IMG/VR virus record: IMGVR_UViG_3300042389_000953 | Span: 1-55,927 of that record | Length of the DNA stretch: 55,927 nucleotides | Origin: a virus | Taxonomy: Duplodnaviria; Caudoviricetes | Reading direction: 5' to 3' (one strand) | Shown here: positions 31,567 through 40,706 of the stretch, piece by piece | Layout: every line of letters starts with the position of its first letter | How positions within the stretch are numbered: the stretch's first letter is position 1 | The notes under the pieces: generated by a model | The model's input: the letters and a program-made list of their open reading frames with translations, nothing else | Database searches by the model: none | What the model was told of the DNA's origin: nothing | Translations under genes and position numbers: made by a program

Positions 31567-32510
31567 TGCTCAACCTATTTGACATTCCAAAAGCTAAAAC
31601 AGGTTACTTGAGCGCCTTTCCGGGTTGTTCTTACGCTATCAACGAGAACTGGCTGACTTGGGAGAAACCTGCCGGGATTAGCATGATTTACATCATGTGC
31701 ATTGGCCCTGGTGGTGGTGGTAGCAGTGGATTTCCAAGCGCTACCAGTACCGCCAGGGGAGGAGGCGGTGGTGGTGGAAGTGGCAGCGTTTCAACAACGC
31801 TAATTCCGGCCGCACTATTGCCTGATATTTTGTACGTTCAGCCTGGAGCTGGAGGAAGAGGAGGCGCGTCTTCAACAACTACCAGTAATGCTGGAGTAAA
31901 TGGCTCGAACAGTATTGTCTCCATAGCTCCCATCAATACGGCTTTTTACAACGTTTGTGTCGGGAATAACGGAAGTCCGGGTGGCGCAGCAAGTGCAACA
32001 GCTGTCGGCGGCGGCGGCAGCGCGGGCAGTGCTATTACGGTAGCTGGTAGTTGCCGCATAGCCTCGCTAGGAATTTTTACTAGCTTCGCTGGGCAGAATG
32101 GTGCTGCAGGCGGCGCAGTTGCTAACGGAGCAGGTGCCTCAATTACCTATCCCACAACCGGGATACTTTTATCTGGCGGTGCTGGAGGAGGTGGGGGTTC
32201 AACTGGCGCGGGCGGCGCTATCGCAGCGCCCTCCCCTCAATTTGATACTTTAATCCTTTTCACAGCATTATCAGGAGGCGCCGCTGGCGCAACCGCGGGC
32301 AACGGCTCTCCTGGGCACGAGCGACGTACTCCCCGGCTGTCTTGTGGTGGAAGTGGCGGCGGCTCCAATAGCGGCAATGCGCTCGGCGGTCACGGCGGCA
32401 CCGGCGGGCCGGGCTCCGGCGGTGGCGGTGGCGGCGCTGGTGGAACAACAGGCGGCGGTGGCGCGGGCGGCAACGGCGGCCCCGGCCTAGTGCTGATTTA
32501 CTCGTGGTAA
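31566..32510 (+). CDS. Glycine-rich fibre protein
   Basis: TWEKPAG...IG.GGGG..G and C-terminal GG.GG.G.V.I motifs. Confidence 0.75.
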   Translation: MLNLFDIPKAKTGYLSAFPGCSYAINENWLTWEKPAGISMIYIMCIGPGGGGSSGFPSATSTARGGGGGGGSGSVSTTLIPAALLPDILYVQPGAGGRGGASSTTTSNAGVNGSNSIVSIAPINTAFYNVCVGNNGSPGGAASATAVGGGGSAGSAITVAGSCRIASLGIFTSFAGQNGAAGGAVANGAGASITYPTTGILLSGGAGGGGGSTGAGGAIAAPSPQFDTLILFTALSGGAAGATAGNGSPGHERRTPRLSCGGSGGGSNSGNALGGHGGTGGPGSGGGGGGAGGTTGGGGAGGNGGPGLVLIYSW

Positions 32511-32520
32511 GCGGGTACTA

Positions 32521-33621
32521 ATGAGTACAGCAAAACCACGCCTACATCTAATCGGCATCTTCCACACCCAACACACCGCCGCCTACAGCCACTGCGCCTT
32601 TACCGGCAAAGCCCTGCGCTTCCCGCGCATGATGCAGACGCAGGGCTACACCGTTATCGAATACAGCAACGAAGGCAGCGCAAGCACTGCCGACGAGCAT
32701 GTAGTGCTGATAAATGCCGCCGAATTTAACGCGCTATACAACCGCAGTGAAACCGACTTCCACGGCAACGATGCCACGATGGGCAGCACGGGTCACCAAC
32801 TATTTGAACAGCGCCTTATTCCTGCCCTGCAAGAACGCCTGCAACCGCAAGACATCATTTGCCACCCATTCGGTCAAGCGCACCAGCATCTGATGACCGT
32901 ATTTCCAAATCACCAACACGTTGAAACCGGAATCGGCTATCCCAACTTGATGCCGAATAGCTTTCGTATTTTTGAATCCTACACTTGGATGCACTATCAC
33001 CAAGGCAAGGAAAACTGCAACGGCAAAAACTACGAATGGGTCGTCCCCAACTACTACGACCTGAACGACTGGGAACCGAGCTACGTACCAGGGCAATACC
33101 TAGCCTTCCTGGGACGCATCACTCCCCTCAAGGGCATCGACACCATCAAGGCCATCGCTGATTACAGCCCCTGGCCAATCGTGCTCCACGGTCAAGGCGA
33201 TCCATCCCCGTGGGCTCACCCCAACATCGACTATCGAGGCCCTATCAGCGGCACCGCCCGCAGCGACTTTCTCCGCAACGCTCGCGCCCTGCTGGCGCCC
33301 ACCGTCTTCACCGAGCCGTTCTGCGGCATGGCAGTAGAAGCCATGCTGTGTGGCACGCCCGTCATCTCCGTGGACTACGGCGCCATGACAGAAACAGTGA
33401 TCGAGGGCATCAGCGGCTTCCGCTGCCACACCCTGCAGGACTGGATCGACGCCATCCACGCAGTTGACATCTTAAATCGCCGCACCATCGCTTACATCGC
33501 CCGCTCCAGGTGGTCACTGGAAACCTGCGGCGCCCACTACGACAAAATCTTCCGCCAACTCAACGACCTCTACCGTGGCGGCTGGTACGAAGGGGTAGGC
33601 GACAAGCTTTATAGTACTTAA
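32521..33621 (+). CDS. Glycosyltransferase, GT-B fold (GT4-like)
   Basis: FLGRITPLKG, EPFCGMAVEAMLCGTPVI (E-x7-E). Confidence 0.9.
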   Translation: MSTAKPRLHLIGIFHTQHTAAYSHCAFTGKALRFPRMMQTQGYTVIEYSNEGSASTADEHVVLINAAEFNALYNRSETDFHGNDATMGSTGHQLFEQRLIPALQERLQPQDIICHPFGQAHQHLMTVFPNHQHVETGIGYPNLMPNSFRIFESYTWMHYHQGKENCNGKNYEWVVPNYYDLNDWEPSYVPGQYLAFLGRITPLKGIDTIKAIADYSPWPIVLHGQGDPSPWAHPNIDYRGPISGTARSDFLRNARALLAPTVFTEPFCGMAVEAMLCGTPVISVDYGAMTETVIEGISGFRCHTLQDWIDAIHAVDILNRRTIAYIARSRWSLETCGAHYDKIFRQLNDLYRGGWYEGVGDKLYST

Positions 33622-33705
33622 CGGCACCTACGGAATCGCCCGCCGCGCAGCTTGCCAAGTGCGCTAGGTGGAGTCGCTAGGCTGCTGGTGCGACCCGTTT
33701 TCAGC

Positions 33706-33855
33706 ATGGCACTCACACCCGAGGACATCACCGGCATCGCCGTAGCGCTGCTGGCCGGTTCCGAACTGCTGGCCCTCGTGCCTGGAATCCGCGCCAACAG
33801 CTGGACGCAGCTCATCCTCGCCGCACTGCGCGGCATCGCATCTCGCAAGCGCTAA
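33706..33855 (+). CDS. Small membrane protein, possible holin
   Basis: Hydrophobic, SE.LAL.P.IRANS..QL; upstream of endolysin. Confidence 0.55.
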   Translation: MALTPEDITGIAVALLAGSELLALVPGIRANSWTQLILAALRGIASRKR

Positions 33856-33859
33856 GCCA

Positions 33860-34120
33860 ATGGGCGAGCCAACGCACGGCGAGATCCTCCGCGCCATCGG
33901 CGTACTGGAAGGCCAGCTGAAGCAGCTGCTGGATGCCGCCATAAGTGACAAAGGGGAACGCAGCAGCTTGGGCGTTCGTGTTGGCCGCCTTGAAACGCGC
34001 ATGGCGCAAGTAATCATCCTCGCAGTGGTTGCTGCAATGCTCAGCCCCATCATCTGGTCTGAGATCAAAGGCGCCTTTGCTTATCGGCAGTCGCTTCCTC
34101 AACACATGCAACGCCCATGA
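33860..34120 (+). CDS. Coiled-coil + single-TM protein, lysis-associated
   Basis: RVGRLE then hydrophobic helix; overlaps endolysin start. Confidence 0.6.
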   Translation: MGEPTHGEILRAIGVLEGQLKQLLDAAISDKGERSSLGVRVGRLETRMAQVIILAVVAAMLSPIIWSEIKGAFAYRQSLPQHMQRP

Positions 34121-35295
34121 CTTCCGGCCCATTGCGCCTAAGCGACCTGTTTAAGTTCTACCGCGGCCTTCCGCATCAAATGGCCGCCGTAAGCGAATTG
34201 GAAGCAGCAATAAACAAACGCGCTCCCCAACTCCTAAGCCGCGATCAGAATTGGTTCAAAACTTGGAGCGTCCCAGGCAAACAGACCGACCTCGCGGATG
34301 CGATCCAGCTAATCAAGGATTTTGAAGGCTGCCATCTTAGCGCCTATCCCGATCCGCTAAGCGGCGGCGATCCTTGGACGATCGGTTACGGCACAACGCG
34401 CTATGGCGCTGGCGACCCTGTAAAACGCGGCGACAAGATCAACGTAATCGAAGCCGATATGCTTCTCCGCCTTGAGGTGGACCGCATCGCCGAACGTCTC
34501 CGCTCCACCATCCCAACCTGGAACGCCTTAGGCGACCCACAACGCTGCGCACTCGTAAGTTTCGCTTACAACTTAGGCGCCGACTTTTACGGTAAGCCTG
34601 GGTTCGACACCATCAGCGCAGCGCTGCGCGACAAGGACTTTGCTGCCGTACCAGCGGCACTGCTGCTTTACCGCAACCCTGGTACGAATGTCGAAGCCGG
34701 CCTACTGCGCCGCCGTAAGGCCGAAGGGGCACTGTGGCAAAAAGGAAGCCCACAACTGCAACAGCAGGGCATTTTGTTGCGCGTTCCTTATGAGGCACAG
34801 AACGACAACCGCTCAGGCACCGGCTACCGCGAATGCTTCAGCAGCAGCGCTGCCATGGTAAGTCGGTTCTACGGCAAGGTAAGCGGCGACGACGCCTATA
34901 ACAAGATCCGCGCCAGGTACGGCGATACCACCGATGCACAAGCGCAGATAAAAGCGCTGCAATCCTTAGGACTTAACGCGCGGCTGCGCACGAACTGTAA
35001 TCCCGCTGTAATTGACACCGAATTAGAGGCAGGACGCCCCGTGATGGTCGGCTGGCTGCACAAGGGGCCTGTCGGTGCGCCTACCGGCGGTGGCCACTGG
35101 AGCGTGATCATCGGCGCTACCAGCGGCGCCTACATCCACAACGATCCGAACGGCGAGGCCGACATGGTGAACGGCGGCTACGTCAACCACACCAAAGGTG
35201 CCGGAATCGCCTACAGCCGTAAAAACTGGTTGCGCCGCTGGGAGGTTGATGGCCCCGGCACCGGCTGGGCAATGCTTGTAAGCCACGCCCCTTAG
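34117..35295 (+). CDS. Endolysin: GH24 lysozyme fused to C39-like peptidase
   Basis: FEG..L.AY.D....WTIGYGTT, ALVSFAYNLG, GLLRRR.AE; RECFSSSAAM, GGGHW, HNDP.G. Confidence 0.9.
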   Translation: MTSGPLRLSDLFKFYRGLPHQMAAVSELEAAINKRAPQLLSRDQNWFKTWSVPGKQTDLADAIQLIKDFEGCHLSAYPDPLSGGDPWTIGYGTTRYGAGDPVKRGDKINVIEADMLLRLEVDRIAERLRSTIPTWNALGDPQRCALVSFAYNLGADFYGKPGFDTISAALRDKDFAAVPAALLLYRNPGTNVEAGLLRRRKAEGALWQKGSPQLQQQGILLRVPYEAQNDNRSGTGYRECFSSSAAMVSRFYGKVSGDDAYNKIRARYGDTTDAQAQIKALQSLGLNARLRTNCNPAVIDTELEAGRPVMVGWLHKGPVGAPTGGGHWSVIIGATSGAYIHNDPNGEADMVNGGYVNHTKGAGIAYSRKNWLRRWEVDGPGTGWAMLVSHAP

Positions 35296-35306
35296 GCTAA
35301 GTACAC

Positions 35307-36176
35307 ATGGAACCCAATCTTGTGAACATCACATCTATACGCAAGACACCAGAGCTCCTAGAGCTGCGCATCCCCTACACAACCTTTAGCGAAACAGCGA
35401 CATTCCTGCTACTTAGTGACATCCACTTAGATAACCCAAAGTGTGACCGTAAGCTGCTGAGCAAACATCTAGACGAGTGCCGAGCGCAGAATGGCCACGT
35501 TCTTATGTTTGGAGATGTGCTCTGCCTGATGCAAGGCAAGAAGGACCGCAGAGCAAGTAAGGGCGACATTCGCCCCGAGCATTTAGGCGGCAACTATTTC
35601 GACCTCGTATTCAGTGAGGCGGCGGAGTTCTTCAAACCGTGGCAAGACATTATCCTTATGGCAGGCGACGGCAACCACGAAACTGCCGTAAGCAACAATC
35701 AGGAAATCGACCCATTAGAGAATGTTGTGCGGCTGATGCGCAACAACGGCAGCAACATCGAGCACATGGGTTATCAAGGCTGGATCAGGTTCAGCTTTAC
35801 GCAGGACAACAACAGCAAGACCAGGCGCTGCATGTTGTTCTTTCATCACGGCGCCTGGGGCGGCATCGTCACCAAGGGCGTTATGGCCGGCGGTCGCTAT
35901 GCGGCGGTCGCTCCGGACGCCGATGTCCTGGTCAGTGGCCACAACCACGAGCGCAGCGTTGTCGCCCATTCCTGTTATCGCGTCGATCAAAACGGCCGCG
36001 CCTGGGTGGAGCAGCGCTGGCACGTCCAGTGCGGCACCTACAAGCAGGAGTTCGGAGGAACCGGCGGATGGGCGGTGGAACGCATCGTCATGCCAAAGTC
36101 ACTCGGCGGAATCTGGCTTACACTGCGTCCACGCACTCGCGGGGGCGTTGAAATTACCTGCACCCCCACCGTATGA
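35307..36176 (+). CDS. Calcineurin-like metallophosphoesterase
   Basis: DIH, GD, GNHE, HHG, GHNH motifs. Confidence 0.88.
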   Translation: MEPNLVNITSIRKTPELLELRIPYTTFSETATFLLLSDIHLDNPKCDRKLLSKHLDECRAQNGHVLMFGDVLCLMQGKKDRRASKGDIRPEHLGGNYFDLVFSEAAEFFKPWQDIILMAGDGNHETAVSNNQEIDPLENVVRLMRNNGSNIEHMGYQGWIRFSFTQDNNSKTRRCMLFFHHGAWGGIVTKGVMAGGRYAAVAPDADVLVSGHNHERSVVAHSCYRVDQNGRAWVEQRWHVQCGTYKQEFGGTGGWAVERIVMPKSLGGIWLTLRPRTRGGVEITCTPTV

Positions 36177-36355
36177 GGCAGTACGTTCTTGAGATCGAGT
36201 ACACCATCGTCGTCGAAAGTGAAGACGACGATCCCGAAACTGTAAGTGACGATTTCGCCTCCCGTCTCACAGAGTTAGCTCCATCGAACGACCATATCTT
36301 AGGTCTTTCGGTCAACGTCCTACCCATCCCGGAGTTGCGTGGATCATCAGATTGA
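36173..36355 (+). CDS. Small acidic hypothetical protein
   Basis: ATGA-coupled ORF. Confidence 0.55.
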   Translation: MRQYVLEIEYTIVVESEDDDPETVSDDFASRLTELAPSNDHILGLSVNVLPIPELRGSSD

Positions 36356-36638
36356 TGGCACATCTCTCGTCCCCAAGCGCTCCGCTAAGCAGCGATTCAG
36401 ACAGCAGATCTTTGAAGCGTGGCAACACTGTTGCGCCTACTGTGACGCCGCCGCCGATACCTTAGATCACGTCAAACCACGGCATAAAGGTGGCAACACC
36501 GTTGTCAGCAACTTAGTTCCTGCGTGTCGTACCTGTAACCGCAGCAAGGGCAGCGAGAACTGGCATGACTGGTTCAGTGCTCAATCGACCTGGACCGCAG
36601 CACGCGCAGCAAGGATTCAGGATTGGCTGGACGATTAA
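36339..36638 (+). CDS. HNH endonuclease
   Basis: CAYC...TLDHVKP..KGG....NLVPAC..CN.SK. Confidence 0.92.
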   Translation: MDHQIDGTSLVPKRSAKQRFRQQIFEAWQHCCAYCDAAADTLDHVKPRHKGGNTVVSNLVPACRTCNRSKGSENWHDWFSAQSTWTAARAARIQDWLDD

Positions 36639-36762
36639 GTAGGTGCTGATAGAACTCGACGGCTTTCCAGTCCTCCACGAAGTCACGCTCCATCCCCACG
36701 TAGCTAACACGCCACACCGGCGCACCAGCGCCATCTATGCGTTGTAGACGAGGTAAGCCCAT
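36574..36762 (-). CDS. Hypothetical protein
   Basis: ATG 36762 (MGLPRLQRI..VWRVSYVGM); overlaps HNH 3' end. Confidence 0.45.
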   Translation of the reverse strand: MGLPRLQRIDGAGAPVWRVSYVGMERDFVEDWKAVEFYQHLLNRPANPESLLRVLRSRSIEH

Positions 36763-36805
36763 TGCCTTAGCATAAGGGCTAAGCCTTCGTGCCCCCGGTG
36801 TTTCA

Positions 36806-37114
36806 ATGGCTAATGAAGACGCTGCGTTACCCTCAACACATTGGCTTGTACCACAGCTCGATCTGCAAACACAGCTGCGCTTAGAGGTGGATCGCCGCAC
36901 CGCTGCTAAGCTAAGCCGCGACGAACTCTCAGTCCTAGTAGACAAGCTAATCGTTGACTGGTATCACCGCAGCGCTCTCGTTGACAACCTCTTAGGGCGC
37001 ATACGCAGCATGGAAGTTGAGCTAGCGCTGCTAATGGTAGAACCCGGCCCTGCTGATCCAACCGAAGAGCACTACGAGTGGGCCGCCGAACTTCTACGCG
37101 ACCTAGGCCACTAA
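36806..37114 (+). CDS. NblA-like phycobilisome degradation adaptor
   Basis: LDLQTQLRL....R....LSRDEL..L...L.....R...V..LL resembles the NblA helix-loop-helix pattern. Confidence 0.55.
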   Translation: MANEDAALPSTHWLVPQLDLQTQLRLEVDRRTAAKLSRDELSVLVDKLIVDWYHRSALVDNLLGRIRSMEVELALLMVEPGPADPTEEHYEWAAELLRDLGH

Positions 37115-37167
37115 GCTACGCAGCTTAGTGACGCAGCTTAGCGCTAAGTCGCACGGTGTCCGCCACG

Positions 37168-37476
37168 CTACTTATCGAGCCAAAACGCCACACAATCCTT
37201 AGCGTGCTTACCGCCGCTGCGCTTGCCCTCGGGGAATCCCAGGCCGCACGATCCCTCGATGAACTGCCAGTGGATGCACTGCTGGCAGCGCGTTTTTCCA
37301 TTCGTCGCCACCAGGGCATCGGCGTAGAGCTGCTCGGCCTCCATAAGTGCCGTCTCCAGTTCCGTGCCACGCAAAGGCAGCTCCAGCACGCCCTGCTTCG
37401 TCTTAAGCCGCAGCATCCACCCCTCAGCCTGGGGGATCAGCACCATCCTGCCCGAGTGGTATCTGAGAGACGGCAT
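37168..37476 (-). CDS. Hypothetical protein with C-terminal Cys cluster
   Basis: CQQCIHW....C.LGFPE......C. Confidence 0.65.
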   Translation of the reverse strand: MPSLRYHSGRMVLIPQAEGWMLRLKTKQGVLELPLRGTELETALMEAEQLYADALVATNGKTRCQQCIHWQFIEGSCGLGFPEGKRSGGKHAKDCVAFWLDK

Positions 37477-37987
37477 GAAGCAGCTGCTCTAATGTTCCAT
37501 CGTTCTCAATATAACGCGCAAAATGGGGCCAATCATCTAGGCTTCCCTCCGAAGCGTGCGTGTGCGTATTAACCATTCCTTTACGCGTAATCTTCCACAT
37601 TTCACCCCCTAAGCTGCGGATTAGCTCTGCTTCATTTTCAAACCTTACGTCGTCCACAACAACGTACTCGTGCCGCTTAATACGTGCTTGCCATACGCGC
37701 AGCCACACATCAGGCGCTATGCAAGTTCTTCCCCATTCTGTGCCCAAGGTCTGCAGCAGGTGGCGCGTACTAACACCTAAGTCGGCGAGCACAATCTCCT
37801 TATCGACGTAAAGCCGCTGCGCAGCTTGTTCTGGCGTATAGCCAATACTTACAAGCAGCGGAAATACCATTTCCTTCAACGGCTCTGCGAAGGGCACCCG
37901 CACATAGACGCTGCGTTCCAGCGCATGACTAACCACCGTCTTACCGCTACGAGGCGCAGGAGAATAAAGCCCAATAAGCTTAGTCAT
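37424..37987 (-). CDS. Deoxynucleoside monophosphate kinase
   Basis: P.SGKT, FAEPLK, R.LLQTLGTEWGR, DDVRFENE, HASE. Confidence 0.92.
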   Translation of the reverse strand: MTKLIGLYSPAPRSGKTVVSHALERSVYVRVPFAEPLKEMVFPLLVSIGYTPEQAAQRLYVDKEIVLADLGVSTRHLLQTLGTEWGRTCIAPDVWLRVWQARIKRHEYVVVDDVRFENEAELIRSLGGEMWKITRKGMVNTHTHASEGSLDDWPHFARYIENDGTLEQLLHAVSQIPLGQDGADPPG

Positions 37988-38865
37988 ACAAGCCTCACTG
38001 ATTTCAAGCGCAGACGCATTTTAAGGTGTGCAGCCTCGATGCGCTGCCTGATGCGTTCTCTTGAAACATTATCCTCAGCTGCGATGCTCGACAATGACAT
38101 CGGTTCGCCGCCATTAAGCCCGTATCTGCGCTGGATCGTAAGCAGTTCGCCTTCAGTTAGGCAAGCGAGGGCGATCTGGAACATCGCCTGTTTTTCATCC
38201 TTCTCCATGCAATCCTTCTGCCTATCCAGCGAATCGGTGTCAGGGATAAGCTCCAGGATCGGACTACCCGTCTCACTTACTAAGGCATCGAGGCTGCGAT
38301 GCCAGGCGTTCCGGGCTAGCAGCGTCTGCATGTGCGCAACCTCAACATCTGCCTCTGCCGCCATCTGCGCAACAGTTGGCATCTTGCCGTGCTCCTGCAA
38401 ATGCGCTTTCTGAAAGCGCACCACCTTATACACCTTGTCGAGTCCGTGCTGCGGAACACGGATAAGCCGCTCCTTAGCGTCAATGCCCCGCGTAATTGCC
38501 TGCCTTACCCACCAATAGGCGTAAGTGGAGAACTTATAGCCCTTACTACTATCGAATAGCTCAACGGCGCGTGTAAGCCCAAATGCACCTTCCTGTACTA
38601 AGTCCATAAGTTCCATGCCGCTGCCATTTAGCCGCCGCGTGTACTGCTTAGCAACACTGACAACCAACCTAAGATTGCAGTTAATCAGCTTACGCTTAGC
38701 GCGTTCAGCCACCTTAAGTGTGCGCTTCTCTTGAGCACTAAGTTCCTGCTTATCGGCTAGGGCAGTGCCGCATTCGATTTGACGCGCTAGTTGAATCTCC
38801 TGTTCCGCGGTAAGCAGCGGATACCTAGCGATTTCGTTTAAGTAATCCTTAACAGAGTCGGTCAT
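37984..38865 (-). CDS. RNA polymerase sigma-70 factor, RpoD/group-2-like (no region 1.1)
   Basis: YLNEIARYPLLTAEQE, NLRLVVSVAK, DLVQEG, GYKFSTYAYWWVRQAITR, VSRERIRQ. Confidence 0.95.
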   Translation of the reverse strand: MTDSVKDYLNEIARYPLLTAEQEIQLARQIECGTALADKQELSAQEKRTLKVAERAKRKLINCNLRLVVSVAKQYTRRLNGSGMELMDLVQEGAFGLTRAVELFDSSKGYKFSTYAYWWVRQAITRGIDAKERLIRVPQHGLDKVYKVVRFQKAHLQEHGKMPTVAQMAAEADVEVAHMQTLLARNAWHRSLDALVSETGSPILELIPDTDSLDRQKDCMEKDEKQAMFQIALACLTEGELLTIQRRYGLNGGEPMSLSSIAAEDNVSRERIRQRIEAAHLKMRLRLKSVRLV

Positions 38866-38919
38866 AAGCTTGATGGGGATTTGCGTAGGTTACCAAGCAA
38901 CGCGGTTAAGCGCTGCAGC

Positions 38920-39138
38920 TTACTCTTGGCCTGGTTCAAGCAGCTTTACAGTTCGTCGCCTTCCAGCCTTTTCGATCCACCGGAAAGCATCGCTGGGTAG
39001 GAGCAGCTCAGGCGCCTGGAGCGTGTACCAGCGGTGCTCACACGCTTGGCAATGCCTCCTTCTTACGATCTGATCACCATCGGCATAAGCCGTCATAACA
39101 ACGCTATTGCGCTGGCACGCACATCCTGGGCATCGCAT
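38920..39138 (-). CDS. NrdR-like zinc-ribbon protein lacking the ATP cone
   Basis: MRCPGC....V......IVRRRHC..C..RW.T. Confidence 0.75.
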   Translation of the reverse strand: MRCPGCACQRNSVVMTAYADGDQIVRRRHCQACEHRWYTLQAPELLLPSDAFRWIEKAGRRRTVKLLEPGQE

Positions 39139-39143
39139 AAGCG

Positions 39144-39473
39144 CTAAATTACCGTCTTAGTGTTGAATTGGGGGTCTGATTCGTCCAGACCATGGGCCAG
39201 CGGATCGAACGAGCCTTCGACATTAGCATCCCCAACAGGCGCTGGAACGTCCCCCTTCCTCTTAGCATCCATGTCCGCCAAGCTGCTAAGCCACGAGTCC
39301 AACGCCTCGCGCATAGGTAGCCCCTTCCCAACACTTAGGAAGCGGCGCAACTCTTTCACGTCGCGCACGAACACCGAAGTGCCGCTGGAGTAGGCGATAA
39401 AGTAGCGCCCATTGTAATCGCGCCCAGTCTCGATAGATTGGTGCAAACTCAGGCGTAGGGTGTCGCGCTTCAC
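39144..39473 (-). CDS. Hypothetical protein
   Basis: Coupled ORF in leftward operon. Confidence 0.65.
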   Translation of the reverse strand: MKRDTLRLSLHQSIETGRDYNGRYFIAYSSGTSVFVRDVKELRRFLSVGKGLPMREALDSWLSSLADMDAKRKGDVPAPVGDANVEGSFDPLAHGLDESDPQFNTKTVI

Positions 39474-40129
39474 TGCTCAGCCTCCCGCTTAGGCACCGGC
39501 TCAATAGTTGTTACGCAGTGTCGCTCAATGATCAGCTTGTGGGGGCCATGTTGCGAGTAGGTCTGCAGGTAGCGATTGCCTTCTCGTTTAACATCATCCA
39601 AGCTGTAGGCGGATCCACCGGCCTGCCACTCACCCTCGGCGTCGTGCAGTTCCCAGGCGTAGTGAACGTCCTCCCGCTTAGGCACCGGCTCGATGGCGGG
39701 GCGGCCCCACAAAGGCACAGGCTCTTTGTTGCCCGACTTGAAGCGGGCAACCTTTTCGTCAAGCGTTACTTTCCAGTTCTCACGCCAGCGTTCTCCATCG
39801 AAGTCGGGTTCACCTCGGTACATCCATGCCGTCGGCCCCTGCGGCTCGGGCCTGGCGTGTTGCCAGCGGCTGTCGGGATGGCTCAAGATTGCCTCCGCCA
39901 ACGCAGCAGCGCCTTTGTCGTGGTTGCCGTCAACCCTACGGATGATTGCAGCCAAACGCAGAATGTCATCTACTTCGGGCATTGGCCCCTGCGGCTCGGG
40001 CTGGGCTTCCAGGGCGGCGCGGGCGCGATAAACCAAGGCGTCTTTGTTGGAGGGTGCCGTCATGTATCTGTTGATGCACCACTCGTAGGCTTCAACCAGC
40101 TCAGCGCACAGCGCACGGAAGTCAATCAT
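39470..40129 (-). CDS. Modular hypothetical protein with internal PEPQGP and IEPVPKRE repeats
   Basis: DFRALCAEL N-terminus; ATGA coupling. Confidence 0.75.
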   Translation of the reverse strand: MIDFRALCAELVEAYEWCINRYMTAPSNKDALVYRARAALEAQPEPQGPMPEVDDILRLAAIIRRVDGNHDKGAAALAEAILSHPDSRWQHARPEPQGPTAWMYRGEPDFDGERWRENWKVTLDEKVARFKSGNKEPVPLWGRPAIEPVPKREDVHYAWELHDAEGEWQAGGSAYSLDDVKREGNRYLQTYSQHGPHKLIIERHCVTTIEPVPKREAEQ

Positions 40130-40629
40130 TGGTTTGCTTGGTCATAAAGGGCATTGACGACGATGCCGCGATCGACGGGCCAAAGATCCAAAGGAGCTTC
40201 ATTAAGCCACAAGGCCACCTTCCGGATCGCCGTGCGTGCCATGGAGTTCTGATCCTTGATACTCTCCATCAAGGCATCGCCTACCTGCTGCACCAGCGAG
40301 CTTTCAATTTGAGAGGAATCAGGAGATGGCTTAATCTTGGGTAGCAACTGGTCAAGGGCTTGCTGCACCTGATCCGGTGTTAGCCGCAGCGGCTTGCTGA
40401 TTTGATAAACCTTTGACGCTTCGCGTTCGGCAGCCTCTAGCGACTCGACTCGTGTAAACAAAGCCACGATGTTGGAATTGGTTTCGACAACGTGCTTGTG
40501 CGTCGCAGCTTCTAGCGTTTCAATCCTGGCGCGGAGTTCAAGAATTGCAGAGCAATCAGAGCTGCCAACTACATCGGCGCATTTCTGAACTTGGTTCCAC
40601 TGATCGGACGTTGCTTTGTAATCAGTCAT
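40126..40629 (-). CDS. Hypothetical protein
   Basis: MTDYKATSDQW...ILELRARIETLEA; coupled. Confidence 0.7.
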   Translation of the reverse strand: MTDYKATSDQWNQVQKCADVVGSSDCSAILELRARIETLEAATHKHVVETNSNIVALFTRVESLEAAEREASKVYQISKPLRLTPDQVQQALDQLLPKIKPSPDSSQIESSLVQQVGDALMESIKDQNSMARTAIRKVALWLNEAPLDLWPVDRGIVVNALYDQANQ

Positions 40630-40706
40630 TGAGAGCTTCCAGTGCACGGCGAATAATCTTTACTTGGTCCGTATCAAACACAATAAGCTGGGGTGAAGTC
40701 AGTCAT
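40622..40706 (-). pseudogene. Possible frameshifted remnant of a small gene
   Basis: Coupled start MTDFTP and coupled end ...KIIRRALEALND are out of frame (85 nt). Confidence 0.35.
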
